From: an uncultured Clostridia bacterium
GTDB taxonomy: Bacteria; Bacillota; Clostridia; TANB77; CAG-508
NCBI GenBank assembly: GCA_944390975.1
Contig: CALXRX010000007.1
Location: 13,636-45,635, forward strand
Length of the DNA stretch: 32,000 bases
Direction: 5' to 3'
Position 1 is the first letter of the stretch; each line of letters starts with the position of its first letter. The position numbers and the translations under genes were made by a program. The notes below the pieces were generated by a model. It made no database searches, was not told the origin of the DNA, and was given only the letters and a program-made list of their open reading frames with translations. This document shows positions 1 to 10,065 of this stretch, piece after piece.

Positions 1-559
1 CTTCACGATAGCATATTCTTTTTATTTGCTTTCTATAATCTGCATTATCTGATATATTTTCTGCTATTATATCTAACGCTCCATTTATTGCTTCTTCACA
101 ATTGTTTATTCCTACTTCTTCGTTTATATATCCACTTGCTATTTTTTCTATGTTATTTTCTTTTTGTTCACTTATTATATTTGCAAGTGTTTCTAACCCT
201 TTTTCTTTAGCAATAGTTGCTCTTGTTCTTTTCTTTTGTTTATATGGTCTATATATATCTTCAACTTCTGAAAGTGTTACTGCATTTTCTAAGTTTTTTT
301 CTATTTCATCAGTTAGTTTTCCTTGTGTTTCTATAGATTTTTTTACTTCTTGTTTTCTTTGTTCTAGATTTCTTAAATAATTTAATCTTTCTCCTAAATT
401 TCTTAAAGTTTCGTCTGAAAGTCCTCCTGTTACTTCTTTTCTATAACGTGCTATAAATGGGATTGTATTTCCTGCATCTATTAATTCTACCGTATTTTCT
501 ACTTGTTTTTCCTTGATGCCTAATTCATTTGCTATTATATTTGTAATTTTATCCATCAT
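1..559 (-). CDS. tex: Tex-like transcription accessory protein (S1 RNA-binding family), N-terminal part; the 3' end runs off the window
   Basis: Absent from the ORF track because it is open to the window edge. Reverse-strand translation from ATG at 559/556 gives MMDKITNIIANELGIKEKQVENTVELIDAGNTIPFIARYRKEVTGGLSDETLRNL...VEDIYRPYKQKKRTRATIAKEKGLE, a typical Tex N-terminus. Confidence 0.8.
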   Translation of the reverse strand, partial: MMDKITNIIANELGIKEKQVENTVELIDAGNTIPFIARYRKEVTGGLSDETLRNLGERLNYLRNLEQRKQEVKKSIETQGKLTDEIEKNLENAVTLSEVEDIYRPYKQKKRTRATIAKEKGLETLANIISEQKENNIEKIASGYINEEVGINNCEEAINGALDIIAENISDNADYRKQIKRICYRE

Positions 560-585
560 TATTCCTCTTTCTATTAGTTTAGATA

Positions 586-1146
586 TTAAATACTAATTTT
601 TAATTTATCATTACATATTCCTAATTTTTTATATAAGTTTTCTATAATTTTTTTAATCTCAATATTGTTATAATTATTAGAACTATTTGGTGTGTATATT
701 AATATATCATAATCTACATTACATAAAACATATTTCATGTTCTCACATTGTTTAAATTCTGCTTTAGTGTAGTATTTTTTTCTTCTTTTTATTATTTCTA
801 GTTCGATATCATTATTTGCTCTTGTTTCAGCTTCTACTTCAACAATTAAAATATTTTTATTTGCTAAATATTCTTTAACTTCTTCTAAAAATATTTTTCC
901 TATACCTTTACTTCTAAATTCTTCTATTACTGCTAAATGTGTAATTAAAACATTATTATTTTCTTCTACTGTTATAAAGTATGCCACATTCTGTCCATTT
1001 TTTTTATATAAATATGCATTGTATAATTCTTTTTTGCTATGCTCTAAAAATCTTTCATATTCTGGAATCTCATCATCTGGAAAATCTTTTATCATATATT
1101 TATTATAAATATATTTTATTTCTTCTAAATTAGCTTTTTCTATCAT
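586..1146 (-). CDS. GNAT-family N-acetyltransferase
   Basis: 186-aa ORF with an acetyl-CoA binding motif A-like segment, LAVIEEFRSKGIGKIFLEEV. It lies 26 nt upstream of the tex start, so co-transcription is likely. Confidence 0.7.
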   Translation of the reverse strand: MIEKANLEEIKYIYNKYMIKDFPDDEIPEYERFLEHSKKELYNAYLYKKNGQNVAYFITVEENNNVLITHLAVIEEFRSKGIGKIFLEEVKEYLANKNILIVEVEAETRANNDIELEIIKRRKKYYTKAEFKQCENMKYVLCNVDYDILIYTPNSSNNYNNIEIKKIIENLYKKLGICNDKLKISI

Positions 1147-1231
1147 TTTGTTCTATATTTTCTCCTTTCTTTTAGTTATAACTAGTTTATTATACCACTA
1201 GTTTAATTATTTTATCAATTATCCTTTAAAT

Positions 1232-1253
1232 AAAAGAGGTATTTCTACCTCTT

Positions 1254-1255
<2 letters not shown>
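1232..1255 (-). terminator. Intrinsic terminator overlapping the ABC-F stop codon
   Basis: Stem AAAAGAGGTA / TACCTCTTTT with a 4-nt loop. On the minus strand it is followed by TTTTATTT. Confidence 0.6.
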
Positions 1256-2853
<1,598 letters not shown>

Positions 2854-3068
2854 TTACAACTTCAACTATTATACATGATTTTATTATGTTTTGCAAATAT
2901 AATAGGAAAAAGATAGTTGTAATCATAAGATTTTGTTTTCATAATTTTAATATTTTTAACGCAAATATATTTGCATTAATTTTATATAATATTTTACATG
3001 CAAGTTTTTTTATAATAAAAAACTTTGCATAAATTCCAAATAAATTTGCTAGACATTTAAAATAAAAG

Positions 3069-3096
3069 CTTATACAATATTTATATATTGTATAAG
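3069..3096 (+). promoter_or_regulatory. Operator-like perfect palindrome just upstream of the RBS of the XRE gene at 3108
   Basis: CTTATACAATAT-tt-ATATTGTATAAG, 12-bp perfect arms. A second 14-bp palindrome, GCAAATATATTTGC, lies at 2961-2974. Confidence 0.35.
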
Positions 3097-3107
3097 GGGA
3101 TGATTTT

Positions 3108-3776
3108 ATGGATTTAGGAAGTAAAATTTGCAAATTAAGAAAAGATGCAAAAATGTCACAAGAACAATTATCTGAAAAGTTAAGTGTTACTAGACAAACT
3201 ATTTCAAATTGGGAATTAGGACAAACTGTACCTGATATATCTCAAGCAAAAGAAATTTCAAAAATATTTAATATTAGCTTAGATGAACTTACAGATAATG
3301 ATATTAAAGATATTTTAGTACAAAGAGTTACTAATACAGAAAATATGGCTAATACTACAATTAAGATTTTTAAATTTTTATCATTTATTATAATTTGTAT
3401 ACTTTTAATAGTTATTTCCTTAAATTTGTTTTATGTTGTAAAAAACAGAAAGGAAACTTTAGAATTGCAAAAAGAACAACAATTTCAATTGCAATCTTTT
3501 AAAGAATACATGGCCAATTCAGTATCTAGACGTTTTAGTATTAAAATAGATAATGAAGAATATGAATACTGTATACAATATGGTCCAGATTTTAAACCTA
3601 TAAGTGATGTTTTTTCTTTAAAAAGTAGCCCTAATAATATAGATAATTTTAATTATTATTATATGTATATAAAAGGGTTATCCATTGATTTATACCCAGA
3701 TGCAAGAGAAAAAATTTCATATTTGAAACAATATTTTTTGGATAATGGTGGGAGTTTTGAAGAAGTACCTTACTAA
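3108..3776 (+). CDS. Membrane-anchored XRE-family HTH transcriptional regulator
   Basis: N-terminus MSQEQLSEKLSVTRQTISNWELGQTVPDISQAKEISKIFNISLDEL matches HTH_3/XRE. One hydrophobic helix, FLSFIIICILLIVISLNLFYVV, is followed by a ~110-aa C-terminal domain. RBS is AAGGGGA. Confidence 0.75.
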   Translation: MDLGSKICKLRKDAKMSQEQLSEKLSVTRQTISNWELGQTVPDISQAKEISKIFNISLDELTDNDIKDILVQRVTNTENMANTTIKIFKFLSFIIICILLIVISLNLFYVVKNRKETLELQKEQQFQLQSFKEYMANSVSRRFSIKIDNEEYEYCIQYGPDFKPISDVFSLKSSPNNIDNFNYYYMYIKGLSIDLYPDAREKISYLKQYFLDNGGSFEEVPY

Positions 3777-3806
3777 AAAATAGGGAGCAAAAGCCCCCCT
3801 ATTTTT
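3775..3806. terminator. Bidirectional intrinsic terminator between convergent genes
   Basis: An A-run, an imperfect GC-containing stem TAGGGAG...CCCCCCTA, then a T-run. It sits between the stops at 3776 (+) and 3805 (-). Confidence 0.55.
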
Positions 3807-4005
3807 AGTCTCTATCGAATAATAGTTTAATTGCCCATAGTCCTGATATTCCAACTAGAATGTATATTATTCTTGACATTAATGTCATATTACCAAATAT
3901 CATTTCTACTAAATTGAAGTTAAATAATCCGATTAATCCCCATACTATAGCTCCTATTATTACTAATACTAGAGCTATTTTATCTATTATTTTCATTATA
4001 GTCAC
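3805..4005 (-). CDS. DUF378-family small membrane protein
   Basis: 66 aa with two hydrophobic helices. KIALVLVIIGAIVWGLIGLFNFNLVEMIFG is typical of DUF378. RBS is TAGGAGTG. Confidence 0.7.
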   Translation of the reverse strand: MTIMKIIDKIALVLVIIGAIVWGLIGLFNFNLVEMIFGNMTLMSRIIYILVGISGLWAIKLLFDRD

Positions 4006-4084
4006 TCCTAACTTTTTTTATTTTTTTCTTTGTTAGTATTAGTATTTTAATTTATTTTATTCATTACATTTTTGGTAATTTTTA

Positions 4085-4133
4085 GAAAAAAATAAATAGT
4101 TTTACTAAAATTAGTATAACTATTTATTTTTTT
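4085..4133 (-). terminator. Intrinsic terminator downstream of corA
   Basis: 10-bp stem ATAAATAGTT / AACTATTTAT with a 16-nt loop, flanked by an A-run and a T-run. On the minus strand a T-run follows the stem. Confidence 0.45.
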
Positions 4134-4137
4134 ATTT

Positions 4138-5088
4138 TTAATTTAATAAATCTCTTCTTTTTAATATTAATACTGCAATTAGTGTAACTAATATGGATAT
4201 TATTACTAATATTGGAAATCCCAATGGATGATTTTGTAGTGGTACTGGTACATTCATTCCCCACAAACTTGCTATTAATGTTGGTATTGCAAGTATTATT
4301 GTTATTGATGTTAAAAATTTCATAACTCCATTTAGATTATTTGATATTATTGATGCATATGCATCCATTGTTCCATTTAAAATGTCAGTATATATTTTGC
4401 TCATTTCTATTGCTTGTTTGTTTTCAATAATTGCATCTTCTAGTATATCTTCATCTTCATCATATAATTTCAATATTTTTCCTCTAAGTGTCTTTTCCAT
4501 TACTACTTCATTTGATTTTAATGATGTAGTAAAATATACTAATCCTTTTTCTAAGCTTAATAATTTTAATAGTTCTCTATTTTTCATTGAATTTTTAAGT
4601 ATTGATTCTGCAATTTCTGTTTCTTTATTAATTTGTTTTAAGTATGTTAAATAGTGTGCTGCGTTTGTATACATTATTTGTAACAGAAATCTACTTTTTT
4701 TGTATGTAGAAAATCCTTTTACTCTTTTCTTTTCAAAACTGTCTATTATATAGTTCTTTTTTAATGATACTGTTATAAAGTATTCATCTCTTACAACTAT
4801 CATTCCAAGTGGCATTGTTGTATATATTTCAGATTCTTTTTCTTTTTCTATAATTGGAACATCAACTACGAAAAGTATTGTTCCATCTTCGTCTTCTTCG
4901 TCTATTCTGGCTTTTTCTTCATAATCGAGTGAATATCTGATAAAATCTTCTTTGATTTTTACTTCCTGACATATTTTATTTACTTCTTCTTCTGTTGGAT
5001 TTATCATACTTATCCAACTTCCTTTTTCTATTTTTTTTATTTGGTTTAATTCATTAGTGTCTATATCTGAATTGTATATTTTTATCAT
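4138..5088 (-). CDS. corA: CorA-family magnesium/cobalt transporter
   Basis: 316 aa with two C-terminal TM helices and the signature GMN motif (LWGMNVPVP). Confidence 0.85.
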   Translation of the reverse strand: MIKIYNSDIDTNELNQIKKIEKGSWISMINPTEEEVNKICQEVKIKEDFIRYSLDYEEKARIDEEDEDGTILFVVDVPIIEKEKESEIYTTMPLGMIVVRDEYFITVSLKKNYIIDSFEKKRVKGFSTYKKSRFLLQIMYTNAAHYLTYLKQINKETEIAESILKNSMKNRELLKLLSLEKGLVYFTTSLKSNEVVMEKTLRGKILKLYDEDEDILEDAIIENKQAIEMSKIYTDILNGTMDAYASIISNNLNGVMKFLTSITIILAIPTLIASLWGMNVPVPLQNHPLGFPILVIISILVTLIAVLILKRRDLLN

Positions 5089-5173
5089 AATATCACCCCT
5101 TATATTTTTTGCTCTATATATTATTATATTCCTTTATTCTATTTTTTTCTACCCTTTTTTACATTTTTATTTT

Positions 5174-5479
5174 TTATCCCCATTGAACTTTATTAATAAT
5201 TTTATTCATACATTTTTTACAAATATATTTTCCTTCAAATTCTATAAGTTTCCTTTCTTCATAACAAAATATACATTTTGTATTTAATTTTCTAAAAATC
5301 AAAAAATCTTTATATACATATATACCAATAAAATCTCCTTCTTTCCATTCTAATTCTTGTCTATATTCTTTTGGAACTACAGGTCGCCCTAATGCATCTA
5401 ATTTTCTAGCTATTCCATCATAATTATCTGTTACTTTTCTACAGATAATACAATCTTTTATCTTTTCAAATGTTACCAA
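5174..5479 (-). CDS. AbrB/SpoVT-family DNA-binding protein with C-terminal CxxC...CxxC zinc ribbon; the 5' end appears disrupted
   Basis: TTG-start ORF. IARKLDALGRPVVPKEYRQELEW is a SpoVT/AbrB swapped-hairpin motif, and CIFC-x14-CKKC is a zinc ribbon. The same frame stays open upstream to 5560 and encodes a second AbrB motif, GIIRKLDKLGRFVIPIKFR, with no start codon. Confidence 0.65.
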   Translation of the reverse strand: MVTFEKIKDCIICRKVTDNYDGIARKLDALGRPVVPKEYRQELEWKEGDFIGIYVYKDFLIFRKLNTKCIFCYEERKLIEFEGKYICKKCMNKIINKVQWG

Positions 5480-5647
5480 TGTTTCTTTATTAAATCCATA
5501 TTTATACCTAAATTTAATAGGAATAACAAATCTTCCTAATTTATCTAGTTTTCTAATAATCCCTTAAACATATTATTAGAACACTTTTGTAGCCTATGTT
5601 CTTAAAAAAATTTGATATATGTAATAACATAAGAAAGGAGCGTTACT

Positions 5648-5908
5648 ATGCAACTAAAAGATGCTATTAGAAAAAGAATTAATTTTTTTTTAAATCGAAA
5701 AGGACTTAATTCTTTATGGGAATTATACAAAAACTCTGGTGTTCCAAAATCTACTATTAATTCTTTATTTGCATCAGAAATACATAGTTTACCTCGTTTA
5801 GATACTCTCCTTCACTTATGTGAAGGTCTTGATACTAATCTAAAAGAATTTTTCAATGATGATATATTCTTAGATGTTATTGATTCTTCTGAAGATAAAA
5901 AACACTAA
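5648..5908 (+). CDS. XRE-family HTH DNA-binding protein
   Basis: 86 aa with a strong RBS (AAAGGAG). It is divergent from the AbrB-like gene and has an HTH-like segment, LWELYKNSGVPKSTINSLF. Confidence 0.6.
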   Translation: MQLKDAIRKRINFFLNRKGLNSLWELYKNSGVPKSTINSLFASEIHSLPRLDTLLHLCEGLDTNLKEFFNDDIFLDVIDSSEDKKH

Positions 5909-6125
5909 TAACTTAAAAATTGTATAGTTATTTGTTATTTATTTTTTATTTTTCAAAATATTTATTATATATAAGCAATCCCAATAATTAAACACTTCCC
6001 TCCTTTTGTGAATATTTCTCTTTATTTATGTAAATTGAGTTTTTAAAAGTAGAGTCTCTCTCGATATGTTACCAAAAAAAAATAATAAAATCAATATTAA
6101 TATTATTTTTTATAGGAGGCATATA

Positions 6126-6368
6126 TTGAAAAAATATGAAAATACTAAAAACAATGTTGTTGGTAATTTAATAAAAAAGTACCGAGAAGAAAAAAACTTG
6201 AAGAAAATTGATGTTTGTAAACAGTTACAGTTACATGCTGTTTATATTGATTCTACTGAACTTAAAAGAATGGAGGATGGCAAAATGATTATAAAAGATT
6301 TTGAACTTATTGCTTTGTGTAAGGTTTTGAATATTGATTTTGATAAATTAAAAAATACAATATACTAA
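6126..6368 (+). CDS. XRE-family HTH DNA-binding protein (short)
   Basis: The track ORF starts at 6066, but AGGAGG at 6114-6119 is followed 6 nt later by an in-frame TTG at 6126. VGNLIKKYREEKNLKKIDVCKQLQL is HTH-like. Confidence 0.55.
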   Translation: MKKYENTKNNVVGNLIKKYREEKNLKKIDVCKQLQLHAVYIDSTELKRMEDGKMIIKDFELIALCKVLNIDFDKLKNTIY

Positions 6369-6543
6369 TAAACAGCAACAATATATGCTTGCTGTTAGTT
6401 TATACTTATTGTAGAATTTCTAATATATTAACAAATTTATTATTTCGTTACATATTTTATCATAAAATTTCAATTTCTAATAATATTTATTTACTCAATA
6501 TAAAAACATTTATATATATACCTTTTCCTACCTTTATATTTAC

Positions 6544-6595
6544 ATTTTTTATAGTATGCTATTATAATTATGTCGGAGGTAATAAATGAAAAAAA
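6544..6595 (+). repeat. Copy 1 of a ~52-bp repeated cassette junction (paired with 7658..7708)
   Basis: ATTTTTTATAGTATGCTATTATAATTATGTCGGAGGTAATAAATGAAAAAA versus ATTTTTTATGGTATGCCATTATAATTACGTCAGATGTAATTAATGAAAAAA. Six mismatches across the 44 columns up to the end of the shared A-run (9 mismatches over a 55-column span including the unannotated upstream flank; only 6544-6595 and 7658-7708, 52 and 51 nt, are annotated). Confidence 0.6.
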
Positions 6596-7224
6596 CTAAA
6601 ATAGTATTAGTAATATTTTTATCTATTTTTTCTTTATTTTTTATCTATATATTGAATTTTAAATTTTATAAAAAAACTATAAGTAAAGAAGAACTGAATA
6701 ATATCACTAATTATTTAAATCACGATTTAAATAATGGTTTTATTAATCATACTTATAATACTTCAAATGATATAAAACTCTCTGAGGTATTATATAATAA
6801 CACTTCAGTAGGTACTATAGTCCCAAAAGATAGCGAAGAATATAAGTTTATTGTTAAAGAACTTTATAATGGATTACCCCCCATTGGAGATATAATAAAA
6901 TTTAACTTGCTAGATATTAAAATCTTGTACTTTGAAAAAACAGGTCTTGATATATCAGAAAACAATGAACAGATTAATTTAAAATATTACAGTAATTATT
7001 TAGAAGAAAATACTAATATATATCAGAATGGAACAGCTATATATTGTCAGAATTATAGTGACACGCATTATTTAAAAGTAAATTGTATTTCTGGGTTTAT
7101 AGATAAAAATAATTTCTATCATATTAAATATGAATTGGTAGAAGATACTAGTAAGAATTATGAAGTTACATTAAGAAAAACAGGCAATAATTATGTTTTT
7201 ATACAAAATAAGGAGGTAATATGA
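6586..7224 (+). CDS. Hypothetical N-terminally membrane-anchored or secreted protein
   Basis: 212 aa. GGAGG RBS 6 nt upstream. N-terminus KKTKIVLVIFLSIFSLFFIYILNF is a signal or anchor. No recognisable family. Confidence 0.6.
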   Translation: MKKTKIVLVIFLSIFSLFFIYILNFKFYKKTISKEELNNITNYLNHDLNNGFINHTYNTSNDIKLSEVLYNNTSVGTIVPKDSEEYKFIVKELYNGLPPIGDIIKFNLLDIKILYFEKTGLDISENNEQINLKYYSNYLEENTNIYQNGTAIYCQNYSDTHYLKVNCISGFIDKNNFYHIKYELVEDTSKNYEVTLRKTGNNYVFIQNKEVI

Positions 7225-7700
7225 AAAATATAAATAAATTTTTCATTGAAAAGTATAATGTCTTAAAGAAAATATATTTATTCATATTTGTATTTATTGT
7301 AATTACATTCATAATATTTTTAATAATTATGCTCCCTCGTGGTATTCTTATTACATATGAAAAGAATCAAAATACTAATACTGTTATAGAAATGTTACGT
7401 TATGCTTCTCCTGATTTTCATGTTAAAGACAATGCTCATATAGTTAGTATTGAATATACTTCATATTGGCATGATTTTAAATTAAGAGTAAAATATTTAG
7501 AAGATAATATTGAAAATGAATGTGAACTTATAATAGATGGAAATAACAAAGTAAAAAATTATTTTGTCAATAATGGTACAGATATTCAATCTACTTTTGT
7601 TAAACCAATCATCAAAATATATAAATTTATATTTATTTTCATATTAATGATTGGTATATTTTTTATGGTATGCCATTATAATTACGTCAGATGTAATTAA
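7221..7700 (+). CDS. Hypothetical membrane protein (TM helices at the N and C termini)
   Basis: 159 aa. ATGA start/stop overlap with the upstream gene and an AAGGAGG RBS. No recognisable family. Confidence 0.6.
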   Translation: MKNINKFFIEKYNVLKKIYLFIFVFIVITFIIFLIIMLPRGILITYEKNQNTNTVIEMLRYASPDFHVKDNAHIVSIEYTSYWHDFKLRVKYLEDNIENECELIIDGNNKVKNYFVNNGTDIQSTFVKPIIKIYKFIFIFILMIGIFFMVCHYNYVRCN

Positions 7701-7708
7701 TGAAAAAA
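7658..7708 (+). repeat. Copy 2 of the cassette junction repeat (paired with 6544..6595)
   Basis: Covers the 3' end of the 159-aa gene plus an ATGAAAAAA that opens only a 13-codon ORF (MKKEFLDKLCKIN*). Confidence 0.6.
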
Positions 7709-7936
7709 GAATTTCTAGACAAATTGTGTAAGATAAATTAATGATTATGGGAATAGATATTTCTCCACCTATTTATTGGTGACTTAGCTATATTTAGTAT
7801 TGAATTATATGAACTTTTAACAGATAGATTTTTGTTATATAAGAAATTAGAAAAGGAATATAAATTTTTCAAAGCCATTCATTCCCAAAAATGAATAGCT
7901 TTGAAAAACAGGTAGAAGTTCATCCTAAGTTAATAC

Positions 7937-8797
7937 TTATTTTAATTCTTGTTTTTTAAATAAGAAAATTCCTAATATATTTAGCAAGACGATTTCACCA
8001 ATAGCATAAAATGGCATTTCATTTAAATATTGTTTTATTTGGTTTATTTCGTACTCATCTGGCTCAATCATTTCTGTACAAGCATTTTGCAATATACTAG
8101 CTTGACCTGTTGGTAATAAATAATTTATTACTTTATATATTTTTATTGTTGTCTCACCTGGATAGTTAGGATTTATTTCTTCACTAGAAAATTCAATCTC
8201 ACCGTATATATTATATTTTGTTGTTTTAGTAAAAGGTTTTTCCATCAATTTAGTAGATATAAACATCATAACTACAAACATTATAATAAATATAATAACA
8301 CATGCAATAAGAGAAACTGAAGCATCTTTACATAACATAGTAATTAAATTGTAAATTGTACAATAAATTGCAATAATTAAACTAGAATACATAATAATTT
8401 GAGCTAAGTTTAACGTTTGTAATGTTCCAAATAGCTCTGTGCCTAACAAAAAAACTATACTTGTATAAAGTATATTTACTATTAATCCTACTATCACACA
8501 TATAATCAAGTTGGCTAAGTAAATATTACTTCTTTTATGACCTACTACAATTTTATTTCGAATAAATCCTTCTGTATATTCTTTACCTACAAACATACTT
8601 ACAAAGAAAGCAATAAAAATACCAAAATACATGTATAAGTATTCTGTTATAATTCTATCCAAAGCAATTGACTCGCGAAGTCCATTAAAATATTTATATA
8701 AGGTAAATAAAGCAAGTACACAGGTAATAAAAAGTAGCAATAAGAAGACTTTGTCTTTTTTTAATCTATAAAATTCTGCTTTTAATAGTTTAATCAT
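7937..8797 (-). CDS. ABC-2 type transporter permease
   Basis: About 6 predicted TM helices. It overlaps the stop of the upstream ATPase gene. ATG at 8797 lies 8 nt after GGAGG; the GTG at 8806 used by the track lies inside the RBS. Confidence 0.7.
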   Translation of the reverse strand: MIKLLKAEFYRLKKDKVFLLLLFITCVLALFTLYKYFNGLRESIALDRIITEYLYMYFGIFIAFFVSMFVGKEYTEGFIRNKIVVGHKRSNIYLANLIICVIVGLIVNILYTSIVFLLGTELFGTLQTLNLAQIIMYSSLIIAIYCTIYNLITMLCKDASVSLIACVIIFIIMFVVMMFISTKLMEKPFTKTTKYNIYGEIEFSSEEINPNYPGETTIKIYKVINYLLPTGQASILQNACTEMIEPDEYEINQIKQYLNEMPFYAIGEIVLLNILGIFLFKKQELK

Positions 8798-9707
8798 TAT
8801 TTGCACCTCCTATTAAATTGATATAATAGTTTTCAAGTGTTTCTTCTTTTTCATGAAATTCATTTATAATACAATTTCTCTTTGAAAGTGCAATTGTAAT
8901 TTCAGTAATATTGACTTTACTATAAATATTAATTAATTGTTCAGAAACTACTTCATATGAGATGTTTTTCTCATCTAAGTATTTAATACATTCTTTCATG
9001 TTACTAACATTGATTTCTAGTCTTTTTTTACAATTTTCTTCTAACTTATCACTAGTAATTTCTTGAATAATTTGACCATTATTTAAAAAACCATAATGAG
9101 TGGCTATTTTAGATAATTCATCTAAATAATGGCTAGAAATTAAAAATGTAATGCCCTTTTCTTTGTTCAATTTCAATATTAATTCTCTCACTTCTATAAT
9201 TCCTTCTGGATCTAGGCCATTGATAGGTTCATCTAATATAAGAAAATTAGGATTACCAATTAAAGCAATAGCAATTCCTAGTCTTTGCTTCATTCCTAAA
9301 GAAAATTTTTTGACTTTTTTCTTTTCTACTTTATTTAATCCTACTAAATTCAATAATTCTTTTATATTATCTAAGTTAAATGGTAAACCAATTACTTTAT
9401 ATTGTTCTTTTAAATTTTCTTCTGCTGTCATATCTAGATATGCAGATGAATTTTCTATGATGGCACCCATCATTTTTCGCATTTCAATTATTTTTTTATT
9501 TTTATAGGGAATACCACCTATTTTATAACTACCATTACTTGGTTTTTGTAAGCCACAAATTAAACGCATCAAAGTTGTTTTTCCTGCTCCGTTTTTTCCT
9601 ATTAGTCCATAAATAGAGCCTTTTTCAACATGTATATTAAGATTAGAAAGAACTTTGAAATTTTTATATTTTTTTTCAAGATTATTTGTTTCTAAAATAT
9701 ATTCCAT
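8790..9707 (-). CDS. ABC transporter ATP-binding protein (ABC-2 / bacitracin-lantibiotic-export type)
   Basis: Walker A GKNGAGKTT, signature FSLGMKQRLGIA, Walker B FLILDEPINGLD. GGAGG RBS. Confidence 0.85.
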   Translation of the reverse strand: MEYILETNNLEKKYKNFKVLSNLNIHVEKGSIYGLIGKNGAGKTTLMRLICGLQKPSNGSYKIGGIPYKNKKIIEMRKMMGAIIENSSAYLDMTAEENLKEQYKVIGLPFNLDNIKELLNLVGLNKVEKKKVKKFSLGMKQRLGIAIALIGNPNFLILDEPINGLDPEGIIEVRELILKLNKEKGITFLISSHYLDELSKIATHYGFLNNGQIIQEITSDKLEENCKKRLEINVSNMKECIKYLDEKNISYEVVSEQLINIYSKVNITEITIALSKRNCIINEFHEKEETLENYYINLIGGANND

Positions 9708-9889
9708 AATTGCCTCCTTCGATTATATGTTATCATATATGAAAATGTTGGTCAATCAAAAAATAAGCACTCTTTAAAATTATAAGAACAAAGCCCCTTA
9801 TTGAAATTTCAAAATCTCCTCTAAATTTGTTTATTCCGTGTTATTGCCAAAATTCTAATTCTTTTTTCATTTCTGTTAATTTTTATAAC

Positions 9890-9921
9890 AAAAATACCTA
9901 TCTAACTTTACTTTAGATAGG
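9890..9921 (-). terminator. Intrinsic terminator after tRNA-Lys(CUU)
   Basis: Stem CCTATCTAA / TTAGATAGG with a 7-nt loop. On the minus strand it is followed by TATTTTTGTTAT. Confidence 0.6.
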
Positions 9922-9927
9922 CAAATT

Positions 9928-10003
9928 TGGTGAGCCATAGAGGGATCGAACCTCCGACCGTCAGATTAAGAGTCTGCTGCTCTACCAGCTGAGCTAATGG
10001 CCC
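9928..10003 (-). tRNA. tRNA-Lys (anticodon CUU)
   Basis: Reverse complement GGGCCATTAGCTCAGCTGGTAGAGCAGCAGACTCTTAATCTGACGGTCGGAGGTTCGATCCCTCTATGGCTCACCA. It has a 7-bp acceptor stem, a GTTCGATCC T-arm, anticodon loop CTCTTAA and an encoded CCA. Confidence 0.9.
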
Positions 10004-10018
10004 ATTTATAACAGTATT

Positions 10019-10048
10019 ATTATAATTCCAAAGTATTGCTTTTGTCAA
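10019..10048 (-). promoter_or_regulatory. SigA-type promoter for tRNA-Lys(CUU), nested in the vanW terminator hairpin
   Basis: On the minus strand: TTGACA (10048..10043), 18-bp spacer, TATAAT (10024..10019), about 15 nt before the tRNA 5' end. Confidence 0.45.
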
Positions 10049-10058
10049 TACTTTGGAA
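10026..10058 (-). terminator. Terminator hairpin downstream of the VanW-family gene
   Basis: Perfect 12-bp stem TTCCAAAGTATT / AATACTTTGGAA with a 9-nt loop, starting 8 nt after the stop at 10066. Confidence 0.55.
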
Positions 10059-10065
10059 TTAAAGA

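Noticed and set aside
6389-6589. 66-aa plus-strand ORF upstream of the 212-aa gene
   Set aside because: It has no RBS. Only its last ~25 residues resemble the C-terminus of the 159-aa protein, so I interpret it as a decayed paralog remnant rather than a gene.
7870-7903. Imperfect 13-bp hairpin downstream of the ABC-2 permease as its terminator
   Set aside because: The stem CAAAGCCATTCAT / ATGAATAGCTTTG has one mismatch, and no U-run follows on either strand. It may still pause transcription, but it does not meet intrinsic-terminator criteria.
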